A stretch of DNA of 64,000 nucleotides, taken from positions 3,968,001 through 4,032,000 of the forward strand of contig NC_079238.1 in the NCBI RefSeq assembly GCF_027921745.1, written 5' to 3'. The DNA comes from Schizosaccharomyces osmophilus (taxonomy: Eukaryota). Made by a program: the position numbers and the translations under genes. Below, piece after piece: positions 10,100 to 21,427 of this stretch. Each line of letters starts with the position of its first letter. Position 1 is the stretch's first letter. The notes beneath the pieces are model-generated. The model saw only the letters and a list, made by a program, of their open reading frames with translations, was not told the origin of the DNA and searched no databases.

Positions 10100-13000
10100 T
10101 CAGATAATACCAAAAACCTTTTTGAGTTGAATGATCAATTGCCATTCATCTCTGTGAACCTCGTTTCGGAAGACAGGATCCTTCAACGCATTTATACTTT
10201 CACGGGTGATATGTGAATACAGGGTATCAGTTTCTGTAACGTGACGACCGAACAATACCTGTGAACCACCACCAGCTTCCAGTTTCATGGCAACACCACC
10301 ACCAGCTTGACCCTTCTTGACCCTTTCAACGGGTTTGTGATTCATTTCCAAACTGACAACACGTCCCAGTTCAATTACTTGAGGCTCCTCGCCCGGAGCA
10401 CCTTTAACAGAAACAATAGGTGTACCTTTGCGTAAAACACCCTCAACAACATCAACACCCAAAATAATAGGATCACGCTTGTTGAATGCAGCAATAGTAT
10501 TCAACACACAAGGGAAAACCGCAACATCGGAACTTTCATCTCGCTTCTGATCCATGATTTTGTTTTGATGGGCAGTGAAAGCATCGAAAAGATGATAAAT
10601 TACATTAGCAGAGAAAACCTTAACGCCCAACTGATCAGCTAATAGCTCAGCATCATGATCTACTTTAACATCGAAACAAAGAAGTAAAGCATACTCTTTA
10701 GCCTTTTCTACCATGGTAGCACACTTCATAACGTCCTTTTTGTAAACAGGTCCAATATTGACTGATGCTACCGGAATCTTCATCTGCTTTAAAAATTCAA
10801 GCAGAGCCTCCAAAGAACCCAAAGTAGAAGCCTGGACAGAAACACCAACACCTGAAGTATCTATACTTCCCAATAGGTCATCAAGGTCTCCCATTAGCTC
10901 ATCAGCCAAATCTTCTTCATCATCTTCAGGTCCAGCAACAAGCAAACGAGAACCAGCAACAGCCCTATCAAGGTCATTAGCGCAAATCTTCACACCCATC
11001 GCAGCTCTAATTTCCTTATGATGAACATATGCTGATTTAATACGCATTTCTTTCATGGGTTGCGGCGTTAAAAGAGCACGAACAGTTGTGATGATAGGGC
11101 CTGCCATACCACAAAGTACAATCCGGTCACCTTCTCGCAATACACCATTTGAAAGAATGACATCAATCGTAGCACCCAAACCTTCAATAACTTTAACTTC
11201 CAAAACTGTACATTCGAGAGTTGAAATATACTTGATGCGTTCAGACATACGGGTTTGAGTCAAAGCAACCAAAAGGGCTACTAAATCAGGAACACCTTCC
11301 CCTGACTGAGCAGAAGTGGGAACAAGAGAGACGTAACTGCCCATCTTTTTATTTTCAAAATATAGAGCAGCATTGAGTCCCTGTTCATTCAACTGCAAAA
11401 TAATGCTGTCAACCCGATCCCTGAACTCACGCTGGATGGCTTTCTTTTGCTTAGACAAACTGTCTTGAAATCCATTTTCCTTGATTGAATGCCAACCGTA
11501 AAGACGATCGACCTTGTTCAAAGCAACAACAAAAGGTGTTTTATTGTCACGAAGAAGACGAATGGATTCCATAGTTTGAGGCTCCAAACCATGCATGATA
11601 TCAATAACAAGAATGGCGATATTACAAAGAGAAGTACCACGTGAACGAAGATTGGTAAAAGATTCGTGACCAGGTGTATCAATAATCAACAAGCCAGGTA
11701 TATTAAACTCTAACTTACCCTTCTTATTAACGGGAGTAGTCTTTTGTTTGATTGATTCGATAGGGAAGTAAGTAGCACCAATTTGTTGAGTAATACCACC
11801 AGCCTCTCCTTCTTGCACATGACTGCGACGCAAATTATCCAACAGTTTAGTTTTACCAGTATCGACGTGTCCAAGGATACAGCAAATGGGAGAGCGAAGA
11901 TTGTTGACAGGTTCGGATTCAACTGGAGCAGCTTCAGGAAATTCCGAGCTATCTCTTTGAGCATCCGTTTTCTTGTCATTTGCAGCAGGCTGTTCTTCTT
12001 TAACCTCCTCATGATTGGGTTCGGGCTCTGGTTTTTGTTCGGGCTCTGGCTGTTCCAAAGCCGCCTCCCAATCGTCAAAAACAGCATCTGCCTCCTCCTT
12101 CTTTTCTTCTTTTGTCTTTTCCACAGACTTGGACTCTTCAGGAAGAGCAGGTGATTCTACACCGGAAACAGGAGCGGAAGCAGTAGAAGAAGTGGGCTCA
12201 ATTATACCAGAAGAAGATAAAGAAGACGATCCACTCTTGATAGACTTCTTTTTATTAGTGTAGACAGGCTTTGGTTTCTTTGCTTTTTCGGAGAGACCAG
12301 AGACTTGAACACCTGATTCCAACATTTGTTGTAAACGACGTTGAGCTTGAGCTTGTTGCTCTCTTTGTTTTTTGGAAACATACTTTCCTTGAGCTTTAAG
12401 TTCTTCTTTCTTCTTCCTTTCTTTTTCTTTCTTCTTTTCTTTAGCCTCCTCCTTTTGGCGTTCTTCCTCTTCGGCTAAACGTTTCTCTTCCTCTGCCAAC
12501 CGCTCTTCCTCTTCTAATTGTTTACGTTCTTCTTCTTCTTGGGCCTTCTTTTCTTCGAGCATCTTTTGGAGAGCGGCGACATTGGGTCCTTTACGCTTAC
12601 CTTGTTTGCCCTTTGCAGAATCAGATTCAGAAACAGCAGCCGATTTGACAGATTCTTCCTCAGAACCAGGTGTCAATTCTTCCTTTGTGGAAGGTTGCTT
12701 CTTACCCTGTTGTTTCTTTTTCAGCTTCTCACGTTCTTTCTTTTCACGTTCCTTCTCCTTTTTAGACTTTATATGAACAGAGGGAGTAGCAACAGGGGAT
12801 TCTTCTGCTTCTTCTTCTTCTTCAACCTGCTGCTTCTTATTCTTCTTCCCTTTCTTAGGTTTTTCGTATGCAAATTCATCATCGTCTAATTCAGTGACAG
12901 CTGACAACTCGACAGGACCACTTGGAGCTTCCTCTTCGTCAACCGGTTCTTTTTCTTCAAGTGGCAGTTCTTCTTGATTCTTTTTGCCCTTTTTCTTCTT

Positions 13001-13165
13001 TGACTTTTTGTTTGAGGAAGCGTTCGGATCTTCGACTTCTTTCAATTCACCTGTTTCGTTGACTTCCTCAGCATTTTGAGTTGAAGTTTCATTTTGGCCA
13101 CTTATATCTTGTCCCAAATCATCTTCCCAGTCGGCATACGCAGCTTTTTTTCCTTTTTTACCCAT
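10100..13165 (-). CDS. tif52: Translation initiation factor eIF5B
   Basis: ATG at 13165 (the track start is TTG). Charged N-terminus, then [27 protein letters not shown] and [12 protein letters not shown]. Confidence 0.96.
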   Translation of the reverse strand: MGKKGKKAAYADWEDDLGQDISGQNETSTQNAEEVNETGELKEVEDPNASSNKKSKKKKGKKNQEELPLEEKEPVDEEEAPSGPVELSAVTELDDDEFAYEKPKKGKKNKKQQVEEEEEAEESPVATPSVHIKSKKEKEREKKEREKLKKKQQGKKQPSTKEELTPGSEEESVKSAAVSESDSAKGKQGKRKGPNVAALQKMLEEKKAQEEEERKQLEEEERLAEEEKRLAEEEERQKEEAKEKKKEKERKKKEELKAQGKYVSKKQREQQAQAQRRLQQMLESGVQVSGLSEKAKKPKPVYTNKKKSIKSGSSSLSSSGIIEPTSSTASAPVSGVESPALPEESKSVEKTKEEKKEEADAVFDDWEAALEQPEPEQKPEPEPNHEEVKEEQPAANDKKTDAQRDSSEFPEAAPVESEPVNNLRSPICCILGHVDTGKTKLLDNLRRSHVQEGEAGGITQQIGATYFPIESIKQKTTPVNKKGKLEFNIPGLLIIDTPGHESFTNLRSRGTSLCNIAILVIDIMHGLEPQTMESIRLLRDNKTPFVVALNKVDRLYGWHSIKENGFQDSLSKQKKAIQREFRDRVDSIILQLNEQGLNAALYFENKKMGSYVSLVPTSAQSGEGVPDLVALLVALTQTRMSERIKYISTLECTVLEVKVIEGLGATIDVILSNGVLREGDRIVLCGMAGPIITTVRALLTPQPMKEMRIKSAYVHHKEIRAAMGVKICANDLDRAVAGSRLLVAGPEDDEEDLADELMGDLDDLLGSIDTSGVGVSVQASTLGSLEALLEFLKQMKIPVASVNIGPVYKKDVMKCATMVEKAKEYALLLCFDVKVDHDAELLADQLGVKVFSANVIYHLFDAFTAHQNKIMDQKRDESSDVAVFPCVLNTIAAFNKRDPIILGVDVVEGVLRKGTPIVSVKGAPGEEPQVIELGRVVSLEMNHKPVERVKKGQAGGGVAMKLEAGGGSQVLFGRHVTETDTLYSHITRESINALKDPVFRNEVHRDEWQLIIQLKKVFGII

Positions 13166-13762
13166 CTTTATCACCTTTTTCAATGTCAATGCAGAGTGGT
13201 TCTGGTTTAATAAATTCCGATTTCTTTTTTATTGTTTATTCGAACGAAGTATTTCATTCAAGCTCAGTAACGTCTTTACTGCAATTTAAATCAGTACGGT
13301 GTTGTAATTTAACGAACGTTGTAACTTTTCGTAATTTAATCAAATTTGCTATTTCTACTCCTTTTGCTAACTTTGCTCTAGTTGATGGTAATGGGCATAC
13401 TGAATGACTATTCTCTTATATGCTCATGAAGAGCTACTGTAAAGAAAAATTTCCTAAATTATGTAATTAAATAGTATAATGAAGTAATAAAAGTAAGACG
13501 AAACTTTGCTGCCATTAGTTTCTTCCATAAGATACTATGCGAAATGCAGCGTAAATGATAGAGAAAAAGAGTGAAAGAAGAAGGACGTATGTAGAAACCA
13601 ATAATGGTGTCGATAAAATATGTGTATAAATATACATGACATGCAAAACTTAATAACAAAAACCTCAAAAGACGTAAAGCGTAATCATACAAAGGTGCTT
13701 TTGCAATATAAAAAATGCAACCCTCTGCCATTTTTATTTCCAGAGAACGTAAATAAGTATCA

Positions 13763-16700
13763 TCAAAAAACTCGCTGAGTTGTCGTATTTTTGGAACTAA
13801 TGGAAGGCGTTGCACTAGCATTTGAACTAATATAAGGAACATATGGGCCTTGGAATTTATCAGCAGAACCCCTAATGTTAAATATTTGCGTCGTCCGCAA
13901 CCTTCTGGTAATCCATGAAGCAAGAATCTTGCCTCGTTGTTTTTCACGCAAACGAGACCGAGGAAAGTTTCCTCGCGATGTAAAAGCGACAGTGTCTACC
14001 ACAATTTGATGCTCATCCAAAATGCTGTTGATGATTACAGGAACAATTGCAGATAAATAATCATAACCTATTACCTCAACAACGATGACAACATTTCCTC
14101 CGGATTGAAAAACGACAGAACCGCCTCGCGTAATCCGGGGATGTGATCTTTCAATTGTATCTTCAATATCTGGAGGAAAATGACTTAATCCGTTAACTTC
14201 AAACGTTTCTCCTATTGGGCCTAAGACGTAGAGGAGTTGCATATCAATAACCGGATTACCAGGTCCCATAGATTGGGACATGATTTGGAGAAATCCGAAA
14301 TCTCCAGTACGAATATATTGACCATTCCCTATGAATTCATTATCACAAGAAGAATTGAACCTCATCATATCAACTGGATCGCTGGATTGGAAAAATGAAA
14401 TGGCATTCGAACTGGAACGTACCCAGATTTCACCGTATTCGCCTAAATGACACAATTCCCTTGTGTCAGGATTTACAATGGCGACTTGAGTAGATATTGG
14501 AACCATTCCTGAGTCCAAAAGGGGCAAAGCGTATGTTTTATCTTCAGAATCACAAGGTTGTACTAACCCATGACGAAGCGCGCGAAGATCAACACAGTAT
14601 TTGGTAGGAGTAGCTCCCATGTAAGACCGTGTAGTTACAAAAGAATTAAGACAACTGCTGTATATAATACTGAAAGCATAAGGACTTAATCCAAATTTCA
14701 TAAAGAACTTCTGCAATTCGGAAATGTAAAAGGCATTAACTCGTCCGTCATGAGGTATCATCAAATTTTCTAAGCAAGATAAGTTTGGCCATTTGGTAGG
14801 TTGCATATTCTGAACATAGTTAAGTGTCTGAAACGTAGCATACGTATCTTTAATTTTGTACTTGGAAATACTTTGGAAGAGCAAAAGCGGATTATTGGCA
14901 AAATCCAACGGAGATAACATGTATGTAGTTGTTCCCAGAAACACACCCATGAGACAAGTATGCAAAAAACCTATACCACTCATACTCCGTACATGTCCAA
15001 GCACGGGCCTTTTATGAGTCATTTGACAAGTTTCCTTTTGAATTTGACACGAAGAAAGTAACGTTTCATGATTGTAGGCCGTTAAAGTTATTTTGTGATC
15101 CGAAGACCAGCATGCTGATACCAACGCGGGAAAAGCAGGATCCAAACATATAGGATCCAACGTTACACCTAATTCCCTGATACTCTTTGTTTGTTTGCTT
15201 AGCTTAGACGTGACTATAAACGAAGGAAGAATTACTTTAGCAGCCATGGCAGACTGTTTCAGATGTTGTGAGGCGTTTTTCCCTCTGATTGCCATATCAG
15301 CTTCAGTATTTAGTAAAATTGCGCTGACATAATACTGCTTGATAAGGAATAAGAAAGCTGGTACGTCTTCGGCTAGCCGAGTATTATCCAACGGAGGAAC
15401 AGGGATAGGAATTAAGCCTAAATAAAAACAAGCGTACAATGCATAAACGTAGTCTTCAGAATGTGTGTACATTAGCACAACAACTCTTCCAGCCTTCAGA
15501 TATTTCTTTTTTTGCAAATACCGAATTACGGTCGCAACCCTTTGGTCAAATTTTCTCCAAGTTATGTTTTTTCCCTCGCGTCCACGTCCATCTATAGTTA
15601 TATATGCTATATCATCAGCATTTTCTTTTACACGAAGCTGAAGTATGTGCAATATACTTTTGTATGAAGATATATTGATCAACGTCTTTCCATCCAACTG
15701 AATTGGACGTTCGATATAACCACTATATTGTAGTTCTTGATCGAAAAGAAGGTTTTGTCGAAGATTACTAGCATAATTCGACCAAATACCATCAATGGCA
15801 TCTTCACCGACTGGGAGATTTAGTACAGCACGTTCAACGGCAAATTTGACAAAGACAAAAGGAAGCGTACCATGCTCGAAAGCTCTCCGACACATCATGT
15901 TTCCGATTTCCTGTCGACCATTCTTAGTCACTCTTGGCAATGCGAAAGGAGCGCAAATCAATACACAGTAGACACGAACCTGATGATATTCCAATAAACA
16001 CTCGATACATTCTGCGGTTATTTGATTTAACAAATCATAATTCAATAAAAACTGAGTACCGGAATTTTCAGCTGGTACACTTGCTGCTGGACTTTCTAAC
16101 AAAACAACAGGTAGATGCTCACTGTTTACATATATGTCAAAAGTTGAGCAATCAAAAATTTTAGTTACAGTTCGCATGATAGTAGTAACCAAATGCGATG
16201 TGTAATGATGAAAGAATATTGTATCCTGCTTCCCATTATCAACCCATTCAACTTTCTGTTGAAGGCGATCCTCGTACAAGCCTAAAACATATATTTTACC
16301 TTTATGGACGAATCCTAACAATCCAGTTCGCAAAAATTCCTGATTTGAAGCAAATGGCTCAAAAGTATCAGAAGATATAAAGTAAGTTTTCGCATGAAAT
16401 ATAGCTTCAGTTTGTTTGGGTAAAGCAAAGAACCCGCCTGACAATGAAGGAGAATCTACCCAAATTTCACCAACTACATTAGGAATACACAACACCTGAG
16501 TTTCTGGATCGACTATTGCCAACGTTGCATCAACAAAAGGGTACCAAAATGCACCAAGTCGAATAGTACTGGGGTGACTCGATTGTCGACGGGCTTTCTC
16601 GTCTTCAGCCAAAACGACGACTTCATTAAGCTTTAATGCTTCTTTATCCAATAGCACTTCTGCAATTTCATTATCCGAAGTACGAGGAACTTGGAATCCT

Positions 16701-18307
16701 CTAGGTGACATAAACTCCTCTCCACCTACCCAGTCCTTCATAGAGATGACCATGCCACCGTGTTCTGGAAGACACAAAAGAGGCACCAATGTTGCACGAG
16801 GATTATGATTCCCTAATGGTTTTAACCACCTATCGGATACGATTTCTTGAAATTCACAGTCAACATTAAGGCAATCAACCATGCACATCCTCAGCGTTGA
16901 AAGATCGACAGGCTGCTTTTTACTAAAGCCAAGAGTGGCCTTTGGATCATTTTGATAATTATAAGCTATCGCCTTTAAGCCAGCGTAGTCGGTCAACATA
17001 TAGTTTGCACGATAGCGTGTGGCAAGGTTTGCCCATAAGCCAGGGACAAAAACTGCACTTTGCGGGCACCAAACAGTTGTGTACCCCGAAAAGACCGTAT
17101 GTAAAACACCAAGAATTAAGCCGATGGCTTGTCGTAAATCAAGGTAAGTCAAAAATAAACCCGCCTTACTAACACCTTCAAAATATTCACGATCCATAGA
17201 TAAATAGTCCATCTTATCGGAATCGTACGCAGGAGCAGTAGAAAGACTGGCAGCAAAACAATTCATCTGATGTATGATAGTTCGATGCGATATGACTACA
17301 CCATGTAGTTCGCCAAGTGGGGACCTGGAAAATTCAATATAGGCGAGATCTGGAACTTGCAAAGGTGGTAAATCACCTTTTTTTTTAAAGTAAAATCCTC
17401 CGAACTCATTTGTTTTCCACCACTCTACATTTTTTGGCCAATGTAACTTTTTGGCATTTAAATCCCGCTGAAAGCTCTTCAGATTGGCATCCGTAGTCAA
17501 AGCTAATCGAGTGCAGGTAGTAGTGAAAATAGAGGTTAATTCGTTATAATCATCAAAATGGTTAACAGGAACTGCTACTACGCCGGCTATAAAACACCCA
17601 AAAAGGGAAACAATAAAATCGATAGCTTCACTATCGCGATACATGAGAGCGACTCTATCACTTCTAAACAAACCACTCTTGTCCCGTATAACTTGAGCTA
17701 CTTTTTCGGCTCGCGAAGCAATCTTTTCCCAGGTACTAGACGCGAACTCTTTTCCTTTACTGTCCAAAATTACAAAAGCTGTCTTTTTCGCATTATAAAC
17801 TCCACGATAACGAAGAACAGCGGCGATATTCGCAAACTGATTCATTTCAATCTTCGGGTTGAGGGGATCCATGACAGGAAAAGGAACTTCACGAGGTTCC
17901 AAAGGATGTTGTTGCTTACCAGAAAGATGTGCCCATTGAGCATCCGTGAAAGAATCATCCATTTCAAGACGACTTCCAAAATTTTTACCATCGAATCCGT
18001 ATGCATCCGTGTGATACTTGGAATTTTCCAAAATGTCATCAGCCATCATTACATTATCGTCTTTAGAATGACTGTAAGGTAAGTAACTCGAATTATCGAC
18101 AGAAGGATATTGAAACTCCTGGGAATTCATTGTGGCATACGAGGGATGTGTATCATACTCATTTCCAGAGGCATATTTCGAATTGTAGTCTATGGAATCA
18201 ATAAATCCAGCATTCCTATGTTCTTTGGGGTTGCTTTCCGTATAAAATTTATTAGAATTGCTGAATGTCCTTTCATAATTTCCGGAAACTTCCGGCGATG
18301 GATTCAT
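13763..18307 (-). CDS. DIP2/Cmr2-family protein with tandem fatty acyl-AMP ligase-like domains (SPAC56F8.02-like)
   Basis: 1514 aa with two adenylate-forming-like modules (LAYIEFS...GVVISH, GEIWV, FLRTGLLGF; GEIWVRS, YIRTGDFGF, DIEDTIERSH, RSRLREKQR). Confidence 0.9.
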   Translation of the reverse strand: MNPSPEVSGNYERTFSNSNKFYTESNPKEHRNAGFIDSIDYNSKYASGNEYDTHPSYATMNSQEFQYPSVDNSSYLPYSHSKDDNVMMADDILENSKYHTDAYGFDGKNFGSRLEMDDSFTDAQWAHLSGKQQHPLEPREVPFPVMDPLNPKIEMNQFANIAAVLRYRGVYNAKKTAFVILDSKGKEFASSTWEKIASRAEKVAQVIRDKSGLFRSDRVALMYRDSEAIDFIVSLFGCFIAGVVAVPVNHFDDYNELTSIFTTTCTRLALTTDANLKSFQRDLNAKKLHWPKNVEWWKTNEFGGFYFKKKGDLPPLQVPDLAYIEFSRSPLGELHGVVISHRTIIHQMNCFAASLSTAPAYDSDKMDYLSMDREYFEGVSKAGLFLTYLDLRQAIGLILGVLHTVFSGYTTVWCPQSAVFVPGLWANLATRYRANYMLTDYAGLKAIAYNYQNDPKATLGFSKKQPVDLSTLRMCMVDCLNVDCEFQEIVSDRWLKPLGNHNPRATLVPLLCLPEHGGMVISMKDWVGGEEFMSPRGFQVPRTSDNEIAEVLLDKEALKLNEVVVLAEDEKARRQSSHPSTIRLGAFWYPFVDATLAIVDPETQVLCIPNVVGEIWVDSPSLSGGFFALPKQTEAIFHAKTYFISSDTFEPFASNQEFLRTGLLGFVHKGKIYVLGLYEDRLQQKVEWVDNGKQDTIFFHHYTSHLVTTIMRTVTKIFDCSTFDIYVNSEHLPVVLLESPAASVPAENSGTQFLLNYDLLNQITAECIECLLEYHQVRVYCVLICAPFALPRVTKNGRQEIGNMMCRRAFEHGTLPFVFVKFAVERAVLNLPVGEDAIDGIWSNYASNLRQNLLFDQELQYSGYIERPIQLDGKTLINISSYKSILHILQLRVKENADDIAYITIDGRGREGKNITWRKFDQRVATVIRYLQKKKYLKAGRVVVLMYTHSEDYVYALYACFYLGLIPIPVPPLDNTRLAEDVPAFLFLIKQYYVSAILLNTEADMAIRGKNASQHLKQSAMAAKVILPSFIVTSKLSKQTKSIRELGVTLDPICLDPAFPALVSACWSSDHKITLTAYNHETLLSSCQIQKETCQMTHKRPVLGHVRSMSGIGFLHTCLMGVFLGTTTYMLSPLDFANNPLLLFQSISKYKIKDTYATFQTLNYVQNMQPTKWPNLSCLENLMIPHDGRVNAFYISELQKFFMKFGLSPYAFSIIYSSCLNSFVTTRSYMGATPTKYCVDLRALRHGLVQPCDSEDKTYALPLLDSGMVPISTQVAIVNPDTRELCHLGEYGEIWVRSSSNAISFFQSSDPVDMMRFNSSCDNEFIGNGQYIRTGDFGFLQIMSQSMGPGNPVIDMQLLYVLGPIGETFEVNGLSHFPPDIEDTIERSHPRITRGGSVVFQSGGNVVIVVEVIGYDYLSAIVPVIINSILDEHQIVVDTVAFTSRGNFPRSRLREKQRGKILASWITRRLRTTQIFNIRGSADKFQGPYVPYISSNASATPSISSKNTTTQRVF

Positions 18308-19034
18308 ATCATAAAGAAACCTATATGAACTTATAAATATACATGCAGAAGGAAAATGCTAATTCAAGTTTAACAATTCACGAACGTTGCCAAAGGTTTT
18401 GGTGTTTGCTAGCAATTCGAACGGTCCCCTCACAAACGTGTATAATTATGATTACTTCGGATAGGCAAAATATAATACAAACAAAACTTAACAAATATTA
18501 CAAATTTTAGAAAATTCCTCCATACTAGCATAATTAGGTATGAATATCGCGAAGAATACTACAATTGCTTCTATTTCGAAGCCTATAGAAGAGGTTAAGA
18601 TAAAGGTCGTACAAGGACATGGATTTGCATGTACAATTCGACCATAAATTCGCTTGTCTTCATGAGGATTTCATCATCAACTTCCTAGCTGAATTTCGAG
18701 CTATCTTCATTAATAATGATTTCTCGCTTACAAGTAAGAAATGATTTTGTTATTAAGTTCAATTCTCGTTTTCGCTTTGAAAATGAATGATCTCGTCGAA
18801 ACATTCATTACATGGCTTGATCGTGTGTTGATTTTCACTCGCTAAGGTACTAAGCTTAGATTTAAGCTAGTTTGAAGCGAACATGGTTTACGAACTATGT
18901 TATGCAACGGAAAAAATATAATGATACTTCAAAAATTGCACACCACGACGTTAATGTATTTTCACCTAGATGGCAAACATAGAATGTACTAAGAGCCAAG
19001 TGCGAATTGCTCCTACTTATTCCAGCCTTTTACA

Positions 19035-21258
19035 ATGAAGGTCCAGGACGACTTTATTTTAACTATAGATGATTCGGAGGACGACATTCAGTACGATGAC
19101 AACGATGTCGATGCCGTAGAAGATGGAGACAAAATTCCATTGAAGACTCCTAAGAAAAAATCGAAAAAGCAGAAGGGAAAAGAGGACGAAAGTGAATTCA
19201 GCAATGAATTTGCATTTGAGACCGACGTAAACCAAGGTGTTGTTACTGAAGAAGACTCGAATTGGGATTTTGATCTTCCCGCAAATTCTGGTTACCGTGA
19301 CTCAAATGTAGTCAATTTGGACGCAATTATCGAACGCAATCGGATAAACAATGACTCAAATGAAGAAGCTGAAACGAAGAAAGACTATATCGAAAAGGAT
19401 GAAGACAAGGAAGACGATATTAGCCTGCATTCAGACGACGAAGATTTAGCCGCAGATGGTTTTGGTACTGGAGCGAAACCATCCGAATCTTTTGATTCAG
19501 AAGAAGAGCAGGATGATGATGAAGATGACGTTACGGAACCTGTTCCTTCATTTGTACCTTTGCAAGATGGCGCTGAAGACCTAAACGCAGAGGCATCTTC
19601 AGCTGGTGAGGAAGATGAAGAGGAGGTTGCTAAAAAGAATGCTTTTTTCTCTGAAGGAGAAAAAGATAGTGCTGATATAAAGACGCAAGCATCTTTCCAA
19701 GCTATGAACCTATCTCGGCCTATTTTGAAGGGTCTTTCCAAAATGGGCTTTGAAGAACCTACTCAAATCCAAGCAAAAACAATTCCCGTCGCTCTCCTTG
19801 GAAAAGACATTGTTGGTGCTGCCATCACTGGTAGTGGTAAGACTGCTGCATTCATTGTCCCCATTATAGAACGTTTACTTTATCGCCCTAAAAAAATACC
19901 CACATCAAGAGTATTGGTTTTGGTCCCTACTCGTGAGCTTGGTATTCAGTGTCACAGCGTAGCTACAAAGATTGCTGCCTTTACCGATATCGTTTCATGC
20001 TTGTGTGTTGGTGGTTTATCTTTGAAGCAACAGGAGCAAGAACTCCGCAACCGACCGGATATCATTATTGCTACTCCTGGTCGTTTTATTGACCATATGC
20101 GGAATTCCCAAGGTTTCACAGTTGAGCATATTGAAATTATGGTTATGGATGAAGCCGATCGAATGCTTGACGATGGTTTCGCTGATGAATTGAACGAAAT
20201 TATTAATTCCTGTCCTAAGTCCCGACAAACAATGCTGTTTTCGGCCACCATGACGGACAAAGTAGACGATTTAATTCGTCTTTCTTTAAACCGCCCGGTT
20301 CGTCTCTTCGTAGATGCCAAAAAATCGACAGCTAAGCTACTCACTCAAGAATTTATTCGTGTTCGTCCACAACGTGAAAACCTTCGTCCAGCTATGCTTA
20401 TTTACTTGTGCAAGACATTGTTTCATAAAAAGACCATTATTTTTTTCCGTAGCAAAGTCTTTGCACATAAGATGAGAATTATCTTTGGACTTTTGTCTTT
20501 AAGCGCTGCCGAAATTCATGGTTCCTTGTCTCAAGAACAACGTATACGTGCGTTAGAGGATTTCCGAGATGGTAAGTGTAATTACCTGCTGGCTACCGAC
20601 GTTGCTTCTCGTGGTATTGATATTAAGGGCATCGAAGTCGTTATTAATTACGAGGCTCCTTCTTCACATGAACTATATCTTCATCGTGTTGGACGTACGG
20701 CCCGTGCTGGTCGAAGTGGACGGGCTGTAACCCTTGCTGGTGAAGGTGACCGGAAAGTTATTAAAGATGTGTTTAAAACTTCCGCGGCTCAAAATACTAA
20801 GGTAGTTAGCCGTAACCTCGAATTTGATAAGGTGGAATCATATGGAAAGCAAATGAAGGACTTAGAGGAAGTGGTCGACAAGGTTACAAATGAAGAGAAG
20901 CAAGAGAGAGAGGTATGATTTCATCTTAAGTTTCGTCGGAAAAGTACTAATACATTAGATTAAAATTGCTGAACGTGATTTGAAGAAGGGAGAGAATATC
21001 ATTAAGCATAGTGGTGAAATTCGCTCCAGACCAGCTCGTACTTGGTTCCAAAGCGAAAAGCAAAAGAAGGCTTCTAAAGGTATGTTTTGATTGAATAAAG
21101 TCTTTTACTAACGATTATCAACTGAAGCTCCTGAAAAACCTGATAAACAATCTTTGGCTAAGAGGAAAAAGGAACTTGAAAAGGACGAGATGCCCCGTTC
21201 ATATAAAAAGACTAAGAAGGATAGAACGACAAAAACTCGAGTCACGGGGAAGAAGTAA
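19035..21258 (+). CDS. ddx27: DEAD-box RNA helicase Drs1/DDX27; exons 19035-20912, 20959-21079, 21128-21258
   Basis: TGSGKT, PTREL, TPGR, DEADRML, SAT and HRVGRTAR. Introns 20913-20958 (GTATGA..TACTAAT..TAG) and 21080-21127 (GTATGT..TACTAAC..AAG) restore the conserved RPARTWF C-terminus. Confidence 0.93.
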
Positions 21259-21427
21259 TGAATGGAAAAGGCATTCGTATTAGGTTTAAAATAGGTTTTG
21301 GGTAGTAAAGATATGGTCAATAATCTTTTAAGTTTTATGTGCTAAGCAATTCTGTATATCATTTTCTATAGCTTTATTTCTCTATCCTAAATACCCATGT
21401 CATTCAATTAATTTATGAAACTTCATT

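Noticed and set aside
13459..13947. 162-aa ORF overlapping the 3' end of the DIP2-like gene
   Set aside because: It is an alternative frame running into AT-rich 3'UTR, with no recognisable motif.
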